Assembly (NCBI GenBank): GCA_001938485.1
Contig: MQRK01247947.1
Location: 4,884-67,086 of the forward strand
Reading direction: 5' to 3'
DNA length: 62,203 nucleotides
DNA from: Girardia tigrina
Taxonomy: Eukaryota
The position numbers and the translations under genes were made by a program. The notes beneath the pieces were generated by a model. It had not been told where the DNA came from, made no database searches, and saw nothing but the letters and a program-made list of their open reading frames with translations. Below are positions 13,321-26,950 of this stretch, piece by piece. Numbering within the stretch: position 1 is the first letter of the stretch; each line of letters starts with the position of its first letter.

Positions 13321-14347
13321 ATGTCCAATAATTCGACTGTACAAAACCAATTTAATGCAAGATATACTTGTGGTGATCTGATCGGTAAAAGCAGATTAAA
13401 AACAGTATACAAGTGTACAGAAATTTCGACTAACGTGAGTATTTGACAATTAAAAATAATTTTTATACTAATTAAATAGAAACAATTCGCAGTAAAGGTA
13501 GCCGCCTTACATGGAGATAGAAATACTATAATAAATATAATATTGAATTCACGCAACGAATATCATATATTAAAACTTTGTCTTGCTCATCCTTACATTA
13601 TTAATGTTTACGAATATTTTGAAACTGCAGATAAGATTTACATGGTCATGGATGTGTAAGTAGCTTTTGTAATTCTTCATGTTACTAATTCCGTTTAATA
13701 TAGTTGTAAAAACGGAGACTTGACATTCTACGGACAATTTTCAGAAATTCGAACTAAACGAATCATGCGTCAGCTATTTGAAGCAATAAAGTTTATGCAT
13801 TCGATAGACATAATTCACGCAGATATAAAGTTAGAGAACATTTTACTGGATGATGAAGGCAACATAAAAGTGATCGACTTTGAATTGTCGGTTCGCAACG
13901 ACGATCTTAACGAACGGAAATGTAAGCTTTTACTGTGATAATGATATCTCTGGACAATAATAACATTTAGATGTGAGGGGAACACCTATATATATTTCAC
14001 CGGAAATGGCGGATGTATTACAGAATCATAAAACACATTTGTTTGGCAAACCGACAGACGTTTGGTCTGCTGGAGTCGTTATGTTTTTCTTGCTTTTAGG
14101 TTACTTTCCATACGAACGCACTGAAATAGAACAAACGTACGCGGACATCATGGAAGGAAGATACTCGATTAAAGTGAAAGATTATGGAAAGTTGTCTCAA
14201 CAAGCATTAGATCTGGTATTTTATACATTATTACCAATAATTATAATATTAAAATTTTCAATTTAGATTTCTAAAATTTTTATTGTTGATCCGGATAAAA
14301 GAATCACCGCTGAAGAAGTGTTGAATCATCCGTTTTTACAAATTTAG
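13321..14347 (+). CDS. Kinase paralog K2, 277 aa; exons 13321-13434, 13480-13655, 13704-13921, 13971-14215, 14267-14347
   Basis: Spliced open frame (introns 45, 48, 49, 51 nt) with FAVK, RNE, HADIKLEN, DFE, SPE, DVWSAG. 12-nt in-frame deletion in exon 3 relative to K1/K3. Confidence 0.9.
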
Positions 14348-15083
14348 ACCTTTTATTTTACAAAATTATCAAAATGCATAATATTAAACAAATATAATAT
14401 AATACAATTTTCTGATTTGTTTTTATTATTAAACCTTTTAATTTTATTTGTGGTGTGTTAATCTTAAGTCTTGAAGGCTCTCCTGGCTCAGATGGTTTAT
14501 TGAGAGTAGGAAGAAAATGGGCATTCAATATATAACCAACATTCCCTCTAATTCTTTTTTACGGGCGCATATATCTTAAATGCGTGAGAAGCACAGTTAT
14601 TTAACTTCATTCAATAAAATACGTTATAGAAGCAATAATTATAGCAGTTTTTGTATGTTTATCGGAAATAAAGGTGGTTTATCACAATTAAAAGATATCA
14701 TAGAATGCCGTTGGTGCGATAATTCCTTTAACAACTATATAAATATATGCTTTTGAATAAAAGAAATGTCTTTTCTGAAAAATGTTTATTCAGCTTATAA
14801 AAAAGACTTGTTGTTAAATTTTTAATGCAGTTGCATTTGACTTTATTTGGAATTGTATTGTTTATTGCTGACAATAAACTCAAATTTCTGTACGAAAGCA
14901 ATATTGTTTTGTCGTTGTTGATTTAAAGCATTAATTTTAATTTTGTAAAGAAAAACAACCAGCTGTCTGTGTTTTCTGAAGCAATCAATAAACAGTAAAT
15001 ATTATCTCACAAATTAATTTATTTTAAATCCAATAAATAATGAAACAGAGATTAATTTATGAAAATTCGTGTATAGAATTGTA

Positions 15084-15875
15084 TTAGGTTGGTCGAAAAA
15101 TAATGACGGTTTTTGAGCTTCATACTTTGTTTATCTACTTTGATATGTATATAAGTTTAAATAAATTAGTGTTAGATATTATTTGAAATATTATGTCTAG
15201 CTGTATATTCCTCTAGCCATTATTAACATATTGCTGTTATTTTTTAGAATATTTACGGTGCTAAATTAATAATGGAAAACATTAAAAATTGAGCAATTTT
15301 CTAGTACGAATTTAAACTGGGTCGTAAAGCGGCGTTATGGTGACAGTTTGGTGGTGTGATGCTGGAATCATCCACTGTAGTTTCTTGAATCCAGGGGAAA
15401 CAATCACAGTGGAGAGGTATTGTCATGAAATTGATGAAATGCATAAAAAAATGAAAACCCTTTGTCCGGGATTGGTCAATCGAAAAAGTCCCATTCTTCT
15501 TCATGATAATGCTAGACCTCATATTTCAAAAGTGACTCTTCAAAAGCTTAATGAGTTGGGCTATGAAACCCTGCTTCATCCACCAGATTCACCAGACCTC
15601 TCGCCAACAGACTTCTACTTTTTCAGGCATTTGTACAACTTCCTACGTGAAAAAATTTTCAAAAACCAAAATGATGCTCAAAATGCCTTCCAAGAATTCA
15701 TCGCTTCGAGAACCGATGTATTTTATGCTGATAGAATAAAACAACTTGTTTCTCATTGGCAAAAATGTATTGATGCCAACGGTTCATACTTTGATTAATA
15801 AACTTTTGTTTCTGTGAATTTGCACGTCTTTGAAGTTTGTGTCCCAAAACCGCCATTATTTTTCGACCAACCCAT
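15084..15875 (+). mobile_element. Internally deleted mariner element (792 bp)
   Basis: ~30-bp TIRs ttaggttggtcgaaaaataatg.../cattatttttcgaccaaccc, TA TSD, HDNARPH and DSPDLSPTD. The HTH-to-first-D region is deleted at ~15335. Confidence 0.92.
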
Positions 15876-15961
15876 TATTAATTGGAATGTAATGTGTGTT
15901 ATAATTTTGTCAAAAATGTCATGTTAAAACTTACTTAGCAGCTTAGAGATAACTTTACATA

Positions 15962-16185
15962 CAACCCGGGGGAATTATCGTTATATAGAAACGGCTATCA
16001 TGACAACGGTTACCCTGACAACCATCGTCATTTCCTTGGCCTAGATTTTGATTAGTTCTGGTTACCTTAGCACTGGTTGCTAGTGCTTAGTAACCATAAA
16101 AGTCACCTTAAAAACCATAAAATCACCTTAACAACTAATGAAATGACCTTGGAAACTATCGAAAACACCTTATAAGTCATCAAAT
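15962..16185. repeat. GC palindrome plus ~21-bp degenerate X-box-like tandem array
   Basis: cccggggggaattatcg followed by catgacaac, ggttacc and cttagtaacc/caccttaa units spaced 20-21 bp. Homologous to the reverse complement of 32880-33200. Confidence 0.6.
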
Positions 16186-16199
16186 CAAAATATAACTAG

Positions 16200-17800
16200 T
16201 TCTTATCATCATAGAAGAATGCGACCCAATTACTTCCTTTTTCATCAGAATCCTGATAATTGATGATGTTAAGTTTCTTATTATTTATTTGATCCATTTC
16301 ATCAGCCATAAGAACCTGAAAATCTTTACTATCAATTTTAAGTTTTTGAGATCAGTACATCAGATCGAAATTTGTTGATATATTCACCTAAAACATCATT
16401 AAAATATCTCCAAATTATAAAATTCTGTAGGATGTATCCAATTCTTTAATTTTTATTGCATATTTTCATATTCATCAAATATTTCTACAAATATTGAATC
16501 TGTATCTTTGTAATGAAGTTTTACACGATCAGATTCGAATCCAAATGATATATCGAGACAGTCATATATAAATTTGTACATGATTAATTTAGAAATTTCT
16601 AAAATTGTAAATCCTATATAATTAAATTTAATGAAATAAATTGATTGTTTATGCATTTCAACTGCACATAATTTTGAATTAAAAGGAGTGAATGTTTTAT
16701 AATTCATTTTTGCTGCTAATCTCTTATATCTTTCGATATTATTTATAATTTTAATGTTGGAATGATTTTTACATTTTCTAATATTTTTCCATAGAAAAAA
16801 ATATTTAATAATTTGAAGAAAAAATCTCCAAAACTATCTCCATTTTGCTTAGCTTCAATTCGTTTTTGTATATTGAATAAAATATATTTTTTAAGCCAAG
16901 CTGATTTTAAATACTATAACTTTCTATGGACTTTTATTAGTTGCATCCCCTGCTCAAGATAATAATCAAGTACTTTTCCTTCCACAATATATTTACGCTT
17001 ATTACCTTGTGTAAGCATTAATTTTTCAGTGGGGATATAATCTTCTGAATATATTTGTTGTTCTTCAGGAATATTCGGAATTAATTTCTCAGGACATAGA
17101 GGATAATAAAATATCTTTTTTATCTTTGCTGGATAATCGAGATCGACTTCAAAATATATCCATAATTACTTTCTTCGGAAGATTTTTTATATCTTTTGTT
17201 CTGAGACAATCCAATTTCTCCTGTTGGGATTTTTTATGTCATTGACGTAGAATACATGGAATTTTCGTCTAAATAAACGTCTAAAAAAACGCAGTATAAT
17301 CTAATTTACTTTTATCCTCACAATTATTGTATTCTTCTATTAACCTTTTACTTTCTTCTGGTTCAAGAGTTGTAAAAAAACTCAAATTTTTCTTCTGTAA
17401 ATTTATTGTGAGCCACAACGTGGCGATTTTCAAGAACACCAGACATTCTCATTTCGTTCCTTTTTCAAAAAAAAATAACATATCATATGATTTTTCATTA
17501 AAATATTTTAGGTTTACTTTAGTAAACTTCATACCTGCTTGGAAGGTAAATGCCGGAGCTGAATAAGAATAACACGGATCTATTTAATAATATTCCAGGC
17601 ACATCTTCTTAAAATTTTAAAATAGATCCACTTATAACCATACATCGGTTTTCCTGTATTATAAGATGTAATCTTTTATAGTATTACAACCAAGATCAAC
17701 CCAATTTTGTTGAACAATTTCATATTCAGCTAGGGATGTATTTTTATTTTTAACAATGCTGAAGAATTCAATATATTCTGGAATATGATTTTATTGCAAT
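16200..17800 (-). pseudogene. Polinton/adintovirus-type protein-primed family-B DNA polymerase relic
   Basis: Reverse frames: IDPCYSYSAPAFTFQAGMK, RHVVAHNK, YLDENSMY, KLLN, PxYIGFTILEISKLIMYKFIY-like segment, YKDTDSIF. Many stops and frameshifts. Confidence 0.85.
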
Positions 17801-17807
17801 TTGGTAT

Positions 17808-18413
17808 TCAACACAATCGTTTGATTTCACTCTCGAGTTGTTGAAAACTTTGAGTGTCGTTTATGTTTATATCGGGATTGAGTCGAGAAATATCATACAG
17901 AACAACGCGGCATTCTTTAATTAATGAATGNNNNNNNNNNNNNNNNNNNNNNNNNNNNNNNNNNNNNNNNNNNNNNNNNNNNNNNNNNNNNNNNNNNNNN
18001 NNNNNNNNNNNNNNAACAGTCACATCATCTGCAATAACCTCCTCATTCATGTCAATCGATTCACTGTTCACTGCCGGCACTACCGAATAATCATCGTCCG
18101 TCAAATCGGTTACAATATCACTGAGAACGATTCTTTTATGTCCGATTTTCTTTTCGTGATCGACTTTTCCTTTCGGAATCGATAAAATATCAAAAATATT
18201 TTCACTATCACTATCTATATCATTATGATCGATATTCGCCGTTCGACCATCGCCACTCCTATTCCCGATCTCATCAATCAATTCTATCAATATCTCCCTG
18301 AGAACGCTCTCCGCCTCTGACTCTCTACATGATGTCAATCGCTCCATCGGATAACTGATTGATTCAAAAAAAATTTCAAAACAGAAAAACTTTATTTTGC
18401 CACGTTTTAACAA
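17808..18413 (-). CDS. Hypothetical acidic protein upstream of the polymerase relic (possibly part of the same element)
   Basis: ~200-codon D/E-rich ORF spanning an N gap, on the same strand as the polymerase. No recognised motif. Confidence 0.3.
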   Translation of the reverse strand: MLKRGKIKFFCFEIFFESISYPMERLTSCRESEAESVLREILIELIDEIGNRSGDGRTANIDHNDIDSDSENIFDILSIPKGKVDHEKKIGHKRIVLSDIVTDLTDDDYSVVPAVNSESIDMNEEVIADDVTVXXXXXXXXXXXXXXXXXXXXXXXXXXXXHSLIKECRVVLYDISRLNPDININDTQSFQQLESEIKRLC

Positions 18414-18859
18414 GCATCAAAAATTCATCACGTACTCAATTTACAAATTTAGTTGATTAAAACAATCAAGAATTTTTTAAAGTAAAATCACCAAAACGAA
18501 AAGCGCTTTTTGCTCAAAATTAATGATAATTTTTCAATGGTTTTAACGGAACGATAAAAGTAGATTTTTTTTATCAAAAAATCCAATTGATAGAAATTTT
18601 TTTAAAAAAAATGTTTACAATAAATTTTCAGTTAATAAACAAACGGATAATTAATGTCACTTTCGATATTTTCATTTGATTTATTTTTTTTGAATTTCGT
18701 AAATCGATATTCGTTTCGATAATCGATGGAATTTGCTCATCTTTTTCTCGATCAATTTCGATCGATTTTGAAACAATATATATTTTATATATACATATAA
18801 TAATAAATGTTTTTAATTTAATTAAAAATATATATATATATATACATAACAAATTTAAA

Positions 18860-20980
18860 TGTTAGAATTCCGAACAACTTCTGCTGGACTTCACCCGATC
18901 GTCTTTAGTTTTGTTGCATTTATAACAAATTCCACTTCCGCTAATATGTCTACCAAATTTGTTGCATTTCTCTCTTTCAAACTTTCCTGTTTGAATTCTC
19001 GTATTGTCCGAAACTGCCTCTCAATTATCCAATTTGTGTTATGGTGGTATGGACCAGGGAAAATCAATTCCGATACCTTTTGGTTTCAACATTTCTTTTA
19101 TTTTTTCGCTTCGAAACATTTCCCGCAGTCTATGTGGATCTCTTTTGGTGCTCCAAATTTTAGTATCCATTTCTGTAATATCATTTGTACAATTGTTGCT
19201 TCATTTTGTATTTAAATTGTTGTTAACCTCACGTATTTACTGAAATGGTCTATTATTCCAAAAATGTATCTTTATTTTCTTACTGTCTCATTCCATGGTC
19301 CGCAGACGTCGATATAAACTTTCTCAAATATTTCTGTCACTGTTATTTATATTTTTTCTTCCTTTGTTTTCGTGGTTATTGTCCTTCTCCGCTGACACTC
19401 CATACATGTTCCAATCACATCTTTTACCGTTTACTTTTCTTCTTCTATGTCAAACTCGTTCCTAAGATTTTTGTGTACTTTTTCGCTCCCGCATGGCACA
19501 ATAATCTATGTGTTTGTATGATAAAATCGCTCCTTTTTCCTTTCGGTATCTATTCTTTCGTACCCGCTCTGGCTTGACTCCTCGTAGTCACTGCTTATAA
19601 CCTTGTCTTTTTTTTCTTTTTTCGCTTCTTCGTGTTCCATTTGGCATTATGTGCATGTGTCGCAATTCTGTCTTGATAGCATATCAGTGTTGCGTGCAGC
19701 AATCCCTTTCTATATTCTATTTCGATATCCAAACTACTTAGCTATTTCATCCACTTTTGGAATAGAGCCGTTAAAGGTTTCTTTGTATGAAACATGAACG
19801 TGATAGCTTTATGATCCGTTCTCAATTTAAATCTCTTCCCATACAGATAATGGTTGAAATGCTAGCAAAAATAAAAAATGTCAAAAGTTCTTTCCTAGTT
19901 AAGCAATAACCTTTTTCATGTGCTGACATTGAATGTGATCCATATATTAGGGGTACCCAAATGTTATGTCGTTTTTTTTGATATATTTTTCTAAATCGTT
20001 TAACTGCCGCCTACATTATTTTGACTCTACCATTTTTATTTATTAATTTCAGTTAGTNNNNNNNNNNNNNNNNNNNNNNNNNNNNNNNNNNNNNNNNNNN
20101 NNNNNNNNNNNNNNNNNNNNNNNNNNNNNNNNNNNNNNNNNNNNNNNNNNNNNNNNNNNNNNNNNNNNNNNNNNNNNNNNNNNNNNNNNNNNNNNNNNNN
20201 NNNNNNNNNNNNNNNNNNNNNNNNNNNNNNNNNNNNNNNNNNNNNNNNNNNNNNNNNNNNNNNNNNNNNNNNNNNNNNNNNNNNNNNNNNNNNNNNNNNN
20301 NNNNNNNNNNNNNNNNNNNNNNNNNNNNNNNNNNNNNNNNNNNNNNNNNNNNNNNNNNNNNNNNNNNNNNNNNNNNNNNNNNNNNNNNNNNNNNNNNNNN
20401 NNNNNNNNNNNNNNNNNNNNNNNNNNNNNNNNNNNNNNNNNNNNNNNNNNNNNNNNNNNNNNNNNNNNNNNNNNNNNNNNNNNNNNNNNNNNNNNNNNNN
20501 NNNNNNNNNNNNNNNNNNNNNNNNNNNNNNNNNNNNNNNNNNNNNNNNNNNNNNNNNNNNNNNNNNNNNNNNNNNNNNNNNNNNNNNNNNNNNNNNNNNN
20601 NNNNNNNNNNNNNNNNNNNNNNNNNNNNNNNNNNNNNNNNNNNNNNNNNNNNNNNNNNNNNNNNNNNNNNNNNNNNNNNNGGAAAAGGTCATCGATTGCG
20701 ATGGGGACTATTTTTCTGATTAAATAAATGTTTTATATGATTTTATTTTTGTTTCTAAAAATCAATAAAAAACGACATAACATTTGGGTACCCCTAATAC
20801 TATTATTACCTCTTTTCCCGATTCACCTTTCTGTGACAGTACCTCGCCTATGCTGTCAAAGCTGACATCGATATCCAGAATAAAATTGTTTTTTAAAATC
20901 TGGGAAACTCAGTATTGGTGCCGTTATCAATGCTTTCTTCATGTCCTTAAACGCTTTTTCGCATGCATACGTTCAGATTA
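18860..20980 (-). pseudogene. Gypsy pol relic (RT end, RNase H, integrase) across a gap
   Basis: Reverse frames: YGSHSMSAHEKGYCLTRKELL, VVDVCGP, IIDHFSKY, WILKFGAPKEIHIDCG, NWIIERQFRTI. Confidence 0.8.
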
Positions 20981-20998
20981 ACTTTTCTTTATTTAAAC

Positions 20999-21396
20999 CA
21001 GGGGCGAGCACACTTAAACGTTGTATGATCGACTTAAATTTTTATTACTTAACTCCGATCGATTAAAACTTTTAATATTTAACTGTGATCGACTCTTTCA
21101 GAAATAAGAAAACATAACACATTATGTTTATTAATTTTATTTTAAAAATTACATAATTATTGTACAAGGTAAGTGTAATTAATTTTGGATGTTGATGCAC
21201 GGCAATACATTTCATCGCAGTCTTGTAAAGTTAGGTTTTTATTCACTGATACACAGTCTGATAGATTTCATCAAGTGATTTGATCAGTCAGATTTGTGAA
21301 ACGAAAATAATTTTGCGATTTGATTATTTTCATTTGCAAAAATGCTGCTTTACATAATAAGAGGAACAAAAGCATGTAAATATTCTTGATGCTACT
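20999..21396 (-). mobile_element. hAT (Buster/GTF2IRD2-like) 3' terminus
   Basis: TIR CAGGGG-CGAGCACA; colinear with the hAT end at 50506-50790. Confidence 0.7.
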
Positions 21397-21935
21397 TGTG
21401 ATGTATATTGTAATGATGTTTGAATGATGTTGAGTGATTGTTGAATGCGTTTTATAGTATGTTTGAGACTGGTTGGTGTTTTAAGCATGACATCTCTCCC
21501 TAGACAATTGAAGTCAATTATTGTCAAATTTAAAAATTTATATTACTAATTGTATAATAAATTCATTGTTATTTAACAAATATACAATTGTTTTAATCAT
21601 CGCAGATTTTGGCAAATTTGTAAAGAATCAATTGAAGAAACAAATCATGCCCTAGACGCTGATTACAGACTATTTTAGTCTTAATAAATCTTGTAATAAG
21701 ACTTCGGTTGTTAGTATCCTTAATATGGTGACCACGACTCCCATGAACGTGTCAATCAAAGGACCAGACATCTATGATGGAAACAACAAAATGTTGGAGA
21801 ATTTTATCAAAGAATTTGATAGATATTCAAATTTGATCGAGATTCCTGAAAAAAAATGTTGCTGGTAACTACTTTTCTTTCACCAGAAGCCAGGGGCAAA
21901 TACGAAATCGCAGAAGGAGAAAATTATGTTGCAAA
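21397..21935 (+). mobile_element. LTR (21397-21725) + PBS + gag start, inserted into the hAT
   Basis: TGTGATG...CTTAATA is directly followed by PBS TGGTGACCAC and MNVSIKGPDIYDG..LENFIKEFDRY. Confidence 0.7.
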
Positions 21936-21984
21936 ATATTTTTAATAAACAATTATAAATAAATTTTGAAATAAATTTTCAGGA

Positions 21985-22490
21985 TTTTAAAAATTGAATC
22001 GAAAAGAATTTAATAGATTAATTTGGGGCGAGATAATTAAATTAACAGGAATATTTGTTTTAAATATGTGAATTGTTATATAAATAAATTTTGGTGTTAA
22101 AAAATTAACTCGAATATCGATGTTGCAACCACCTCTCACATGGAGACTAACGCTGCAATATATATCTTCGTGGGTCAACTGTTACCTGAAAAGTACAGGA
22201 AAGGCGATAACATGGAGACATTTATTGAAGAATGTGAAACATTCTTTAATTTTGCAGGAATAGCGAAGGCCAAACAAGAGACAATAGTCGTTTGTTTGTT
22301 GGACAGAGATCTAAAAGAACGATACAAAGCGGTAGATAAGACAATAGTAGGTTATAAAGACCGATTGAAAAAGGCATTCTCTCGAACTTCCTCACTATTC
22401 GAAGACCAGACGGAAGCATGCCGGTACAGGATGAAGGAAGATATACCAGAAGTATTTTTTGTGAAAGTAGAAAAGCTCGCAGCCAAGATC
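21985..22490 (+). mobile_element. LTR 3' part + PBS + gag N-terminus
   Basis: ctctcaca|TGGAGACTAAC, then LPEKYRKGDNMETFIEECE, near-identical to the gag at 26323-26560. The LTR piece also occurs reversed at ~37750-37910. Confidence 0.75.
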
Positions 22491-23640
22491 TTTTTTATAT
22501 ATATATATTTTTTACGTTATTATATCGACACTATCTACATGTTAATTTGTTAGTGTTGTATCAGCAATGTCAACAACAGGTTTACGCGTTTATTTACAGT
22601 CAACAAATACTCTATAAGATTCGTCTAACAATTTCATTTAGTAAGTCTATTAAATAATAAAACGGCGCGAATAATTGCATCTTTCTATTTATCAATCATT
22701 ATTTTTGACAATCATTGGTCTTTATAAAGACCGTTTGCATGACGCGAAGGACGCGCTCGCGCCGTTCTTTTGGAACTACTGGAATTCACGCGTTCCCTTT
22801 CTCTCATGGAAATTGGCCGTCCTCTCTAATTAATTATTTGGGACCTACCAAGCATAAGCGGCGGCGACGGCGATCTCGGGCTCATCTTAACTCTTTTTCT
22901 GTCGATGCTCATTTTAGCTCTCGATTCTTTGATATTCATTTATGGGCGAGGATGGCGGCTACGACGATAACGGTTTTGCGGTTCCTAAAACTTGACTAAG
23001 AGGTTAAGACTATATAATTTATTGAACGTATAATATAAACACAATTATCAAATTATACATATATTGCATATATGAAATCAAACATTAAACTTTTATTTAC
23101 ATTTGGGCTAATTAATTGTCTTTGTATTTTTAATTAATTTCTTAATCTTTCAAGGTTTATATCTTTCTTCAGGAAGGCCTAACTGCGTTGCGGATTTTGC
23201 TCATGGATTGCCCGCGCGATGATCTTTCATGAAAGGATCGGATGACCTCCTAACTCCACTAGATAATCCGGTAAGGAACTATTATTTTTTGGGTTCGTTT
23301 TAATTAACTTTTATTCTTTTAAGGTTTATAACTTTACTCAGGGATTTTCCACGCTCCGACGGGTCACCTTCACGGATTCGCCCTGTGATACTCTACTTGT
23401 GAAGGAGTGATTGTCTGTTTCCCTTTATCTGGTAAGTTTTTATTTGACTTTGTCTGTTTGTTCTTTATGTTCTGTTTCTAGCTTTAATGTGATGTCTTCG
23501 ATGCTTCGTTGGATTGTAAGAGGATCAAAATGGTCTCGGGGTGCAACCTTGTATACTTGTGGTTGGACTCGAATATATGTTTTAACTCCTGATTTCCGAC
23601 CGCAACAAATAGCTAAATCCATTATTTCCGAGGGGGATTC

Positions 23641-25024
23641 GAGGAATATTTTAAATTGTTTAAATGGGTAAATGTATGGATGCCCTATGTTAATTTAAGT
23701 ATATTGAACTTCGAATGGTGGATTCTCACCTAGATGGAAATTGTTATTTTTTAAATTTAAAGTGATTGATAAATTAAAAATTAAAATTAAAGTAAATATT
23801 TTTAATAAAATTTAAATTCAATTCAGTTTACATAAGTTGATAACCTTATTAATATTTTGAGTTTTTATTCAGAAATGGTTTGAATTATAATTTTTAATTC
23901 ATATTTTTAAAAATAAAATATTTTATAAAGATTTTGAAAAATGGTTCGAATAGTTATGATTAAAAATAGAAATAAGGAAACCAATTAGTAAAATGTAAAA
24001 CGATGAAAGACCTTCTGAGAGTTGTAATGGCTCTAAATGTCATAGTAATTGTGAGAGCTATTTGTGACGTCATTATCAGAAGTCATTTTAATGCAATTTA
24101 TAATTTATTAATAACAATTATTCAAACAAAGATTGAAACTATTTCCTAAATTTATAATCAATCCGTCGATCTCTATTTTCCAATAATTTTAAATTTATTT
24201 TAAATCAAATCAAAATAAAATTTAATTTTTAATTTTGAAATTTTTATAAAATATTTAAGGAAACTATTAATTTACGTATATTTATTATTCAATATTTTTA
24301 TATTTTAAATATTTAATTTTTTAATCATATCCTAATTGATTTCAAAATTTGAAAAATAAATTTACAAATTTTAATAAATTTTTTTGATAAAATTCAAATA
24401 AATTATTATTTTTTAAAATACTATTTTATCTTTTATCTGTTTTTAATTCATTTATTTTTTTACTAAACTAATATTTTAAATCAAATTAATTTATAAAGAA
24501 TATTTTTAAATTCAATGTTAAAATATTTAATAATCATTCTACTTAATTTTTAAAATTTTCAACTTTATTTTAGTTCAAAATAATTTTTAAAACCATTTAA
24601 ATTTTGATCAGCGAAATAATTAAAATACATCCTCATAATAATAAAAAATCAGATATGATTTGCCAAAATGGGATCAATTTGTTCGTCATAGAAACACAAT
24701 CTCAGACGATACGTTTATAATATTTAACTTCTAAAAAATATTAATTAAAAATAAAAATTTTAACCATTTTTCAATAAAATCCAAGATAATAAAAATGTAA
24801 TCAAATTATTAAAAATGCATTTAATTAAGATTTACTAAAAAATATTAAATTTAATTTTAATCGTTAAATTATAAATATGAACTTATAAAATGATTATTTT
24901 AATTATGTTCAAATCACTTTAAATCACTTTAATTATAAATAAAAAAGTACCGATTTCCATCTTGGTTTCCATACTTAAATCAACATACATTTACCTTTTA
25001 AAGTAATTTAAAATATTCCTCTCA
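23641..25024. mobile_element. Cluster of nested or truncated LTR fragments
   Basis: gaggaatattttaaatt...ttctcacctagatggaaattg (+); a tgtgagagc LTR end at ~24050; a reverse copy ending aaaatattcctctca at ~25024. Confidence 0.6.
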
Positions 25025-26950
25025 ATTCGAAGGCCCAATTCTTTAATCTTTTGAAATATGTGTTCGATTCGTTTGAAATGTTCTTCTTTGTCTTTTGTGA
25101 AGATTAGAATATCATCCAGATATACAACTGCTTCTTTCCAGTTTAATTCTCCTAACACTCATGTCATTAGTTCTTGAAATGTCACTGAGGTAACTGCAAT
25201 TCCGAATGACATTCTTTTAAAACTATATTAGCCTTTCTGTTTTCGCTTTTTTTTTATTTTTGAATCGTTCTCCAATTCAACTTGATGATATGCGCTCACC
25301 AAGTCGATCGTGCTAAAGTATTTCGCTCCATATAATTTATTTAGCGTTTCTTCTATATTTGGTGGTCTGATCGTGACTTTATTTAATTGTCGGAAATCAA
25401 CACATACTTGATTATACTGTTTGTCTTTTTTCCATACGCATACTTGCGGAAAATTTCACGGAGAACTGCATTTTTCAATTACATCATTTTCCTCATAATT
25501 CTTGATAAAATCATCCAGTTTCCCCTCGAAGATTTTTGCCTGAAGGTACGGTTTTATCAATATTTGTTCTTCTTAAATTTCCGTACTTTGTAATTTACTC
25601 TTGCTTCGCTTATCTCAACATTCCTTTCATATTCTATCACTACGTCTATAATATTTGATATATTACTTCTACTATAAATACCAATATTTTTGGAGTCTCT
25701 GGTATCTTTTAATTTATTGCCCCAACTGGCTCCACTTCTGTCGAGGTGTTGCCTTTTGGATGTTCACTTTCTGTCACCCATTCTTCATATTCTTCTTCAA
25801 TGTTATTCAAGAATCTTCGATTATCCCCTTGTCTTATGTCTCCTCTATCCCTATATCTTTGTTGATTGTATCCCGATCCTCGATAGTTATTGTCACCTGT
25901 ATTTTGCTGTCTTCTTCTGCCATTTAGGTTTGTATAAAATTCACTTTCACTGTGACCTCTATCTTGTAACCTTTTGCATTCGATGTTTGGACAGTTTCTT
26001 CTTACGTGTCTCTGATGTCCACAACCATAACATTTTATTGGTTTCAATTTAGAACAATTACTTATCATGTGTCGTCATGTACTGCTCTTATCTTTTCTTT
26101 TATCTCTTCTATTCCTTTCATTCTGTTAAGTCGCACTTCCTTTTTTATGTCCACATCGTCACAACAATGTAACAATAATGCTTCCATGATTGCCTCTTTT
26201 GACAAGTTATGTTTCTAGATTTTAGCCGCGAGCATTTCTAATTTCTCAAAAAATACTTCCGGTATGTCTTCCTTTATCCTGTACCGGCATGCCATAGTCA
26301 GATCTTCGAACAGTGAGGAAGTTCAACAGAATGCCTTTCTCAATCGGTCTTTATAACCTACTATTGTCTTATCTACCGCTTTGTATCTATCTTTCAGATC
26401 TCTCTCCAATAAACAAATGACTATTGTCTCTTGTTTGGCCTTCGCTACTCCTGCAAAATTAAAGATTTTTTCACATTTTTCAATAAATGTCGCCACATTA
26501 TCGCCTTTCCTGTACTTTTCAGGTAACAGTTGATCCGTGAAGATATCATTTTCAGCTTTAGTCGCCATGTGAGAAGCATTTGTGACGTCAATATCTGAAT
26601 TCATTTTACTCAAATTAATTTTTAAATTTTTCAATTTGATTTTAATTCAAAATAATCTTTTTTAAAACTATTTAAATTTTGATCAGCGAACCAAAAATTA
26701 ATTACCTCGTCATACAAAATAAACATTAATTTAAATATAATTAATAAGATAAAATCGTTTAATAAAAATATTATAAATAATTTATAATTATAAAACTTTT
26801 AATTAATTAGTATTTAAAATTATCTCATTAAATTAATTTCATTAGATTAAAATAATCAATCAATAACATCAATCCCATCTGATTAGAAGAGTCACAAATC
26901 TGAACAGCCTACCAAGAAAAATCTTACAACATTCCGAATTTTCCCTCACA
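25025..26950 (-). mobile_element. Truncated gypsy element: 5' LTR (26950-26568), PBS, gag with CCHC knuckles, RT relic
   Basis: LTR TGTGAG...CTCACA, PBS TGGCGACTAAAG, CYGCGHQRHVRRNC, YFSTIDLVSAYHQV, VYLDDILIF. Confidence 0.88.

Noticed and set aside
20036-20692. ORFs made largely of X (also 10124-10414, 11515-11712, 49358-49549)
   Set aside because: Artefacts of N gaps and TA repeats.
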